From Octopus bimaculoides (Eukaryota): a DNA stretch of 36,083 bases. This document shows, piece after piece, positions 34,792-36,083 of the stretch (positions are counted from its first letter, which is position 1; each line of letters starts with the position of its first letter). The position numbers and the translations under genes were made by a program. Location of the stretch: positions 78,870,750 to 78,906,832 of the forward strand of contig NC_068986.1 in NCBI RefSeq assembly GCF_001194135.2, written 5' to 3'. A model generated the notes under the pieces. The model was not told the origin of the DNA, did not search any database, and saw nothing but the letters and a program-made list of their open reading frames with translations.

Positions 34792-34891
34792 NNNNNNNNN
34801 NNNNNNNNNNNNNNNNNNNNNNNNNNNNNNNNNNNNNNNNNNNNNNNNNNNNNNNNNNNNNNNNNNNNNNNNNNNNNNNNNNNNNNNNNNN
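34792..34891. other. Assembly gap
   Basis: N run. Confidence 0.99.
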
Positions 34892-34935
<44 letters not shown>

Positions 34936-34939
34936 TAGG

Positions 34940-35262
34940 AAGGGCAAGGCTAAGTGATTAGAGCGTTGGGCTTAAAATTGTTAAGTTTGGAATTCAATTT
35001 TGGGACCGGCATGTGTATAGTGTTCTTGAGCAAGACACTTTATTTCCCGTTACTGCTGCTCTCTCAACTGCAGAAATGAGTTGCGACTTCACTGGTACAA
35101 AATGTGTCGCCTTTGCCTTTCCCTTTGACAAATTCGAAACCGTGGAGAATGGGGTCTGGTATGCATGGGTGACGGCTAGTCCTCCACAGATAAATTTTTC
35201 GTATTTGTGATTCGCAAGGGGACTTTCTAGGTGCAATCCCACGGTCATTCCTGACCGAAGTG
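34940..35262 (+). mobile_element. tRNA-derived SINE family D (CORE-like TTCTTGAGCAAGACACTT)
   Basis: A-box-like AGGCTAAGTGA (about 34947), B-box-like GAATTCAATT (about 34990), CORE-like block at 35021-35045; ends GTGCAATCCCACGGTCATTCCTGACCGAAG. Confidence 0.65.
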
Positions 35263-35289
35263 TATCTCTATATACATATATAAGTATAT

Positions 35290-35496
35290 ATTGGTGTCTT
35301 TGTGTTTTTACTTGGCCCCATCATCTATTAACCAGTGATAATTTCTTTACGACCCCGTATTCTCATGGTTTCGGTAAAAGTCACCGATAGATTAAGAGAC
35401 AGACTTTAAAAAAACATACTTTGTGGAATAGATCAATTTGTATAAACCCTGTTCCCTGGCATGGCTGGAGTCTAATGAGTGAAATAAACAAAAGAT
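35290..35496 (+). mobile_element. Diverged SINE family B-type 3' module
   Basis: GTGTCTTTGTG...TTTACGACCCCGTA...GGTTTCGGTAAAAGTCACCGATAGATTAAG...GCATGGCTGGAGTCTAATGAGTGAAATAAACAAAAGATA is homologous to 10625-10830. Confidence 0.65.
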
Positions 35497-35497
35497 A

Positions 35498-36077
35498 CGC
35501 GGTAGGCACTTGTTTGTTCTTGAAAGTAGTGGTTTTCCCATTGTAGCCCTTCTGTGAAATCTGGCTTTGTGCTGCTCCTGGTGAACAGTTTTTGTGGAAA
35601 CTGGGTTCTTGAGGTGGTCATTAAACTCTGCAGTAATTTTGGGAGCTGTACTCATGTGATCCTTTCTAACAATTCACGTAAGAGTCCGACGGTCCCTATC
35701 TGAAAGTTTGGGCATTCTTCAGGTGTTTTGTTTCGACGAGGAGGTTTTTCCCTGTTTCTAAAAAGCTGTCATTACTTTCGAGACAGTAATTCTTGATACA
35801 CCAAACATTTCGGGTGTTTTCGTTGCGCTAGCGCCTGCCATACGAGCACCAACACTTTAATCTCTTTGAAAGTCCGATAGATCTGTCATTTTAATGAATT
35901 TTAATAACCTTTTTCTGGTGATATCTGAAACGAAACAGCTATTTTAGCAAAACATTAAGCAACACTAATAATAAATAAAAAAAACATAAAAATAAACAAG
36001 CATTTGACGGTTTTATAAATATTTCAAAATCATGATGCTATGATGCTATGTGTTTCCCTTATTTTGTCCAACCCCTG
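35498..36077 (-). mobile_element. Tc1-family transposon, 5' half (left TIR plus N-terminal DNA-binding region of the transposase, defective)
   Basis: The reverse complement of the window end reads TA-CAGGGGTTGGACAAAATAAGGGAAACAC (Tc1-type TIR with TA TSD). From the ATG at 35889: MTDLSDFQRD*SVGARMAGASATKTPEMFGVSRITVSKVM...LSDRDRRTL...STAPKITAEFNDHLKNPVSTKTV...KPLLS. Confidence 0.9.
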
Positions 36078-36083
36078 TATATA

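Overview
AT-rich, microsatellite-dense animal genomic DNA with seven assembly gaps. The SINE families look like ones I recall from octopus/cephalopod genomes; this is an inference, not a database result. I could not confidently identify any host protein-coding exon, and nearly all ORF-track entries are microsatellite or transposon artefacts. The window is mostly decayed mobile elements: (1) a full-length Hsmar1-like mariner with both TIRs (25297-26572); (2) a Tc1 5' half and a maT/rosa-type 3' fragment; (3) two CR1-group LINE 3' ends and an RTE 3' end; (4) two Penelope-like (PLE) remnants; (5) at least four tRNA-derived SINE families; (6) a (TAA)n-flanked element, a Helitron-like repeat and a tRNA-Cys pseudogene. 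The most notable observations are a structurally complete minimal hammerhead ribozyme (one core substitution) about 290 nt downstream of a PLE GIY-YIG ORF with a second convergent hammerhead-like motif beside it, a SINE-head/CR1-LINE chimera joined at a CACCTTG microhomology, a 3' stem-loop tail shared by the SINE and LINE, and a dimeric SINE bounded by one TSD. I found no evidence of a wholly new biological system.
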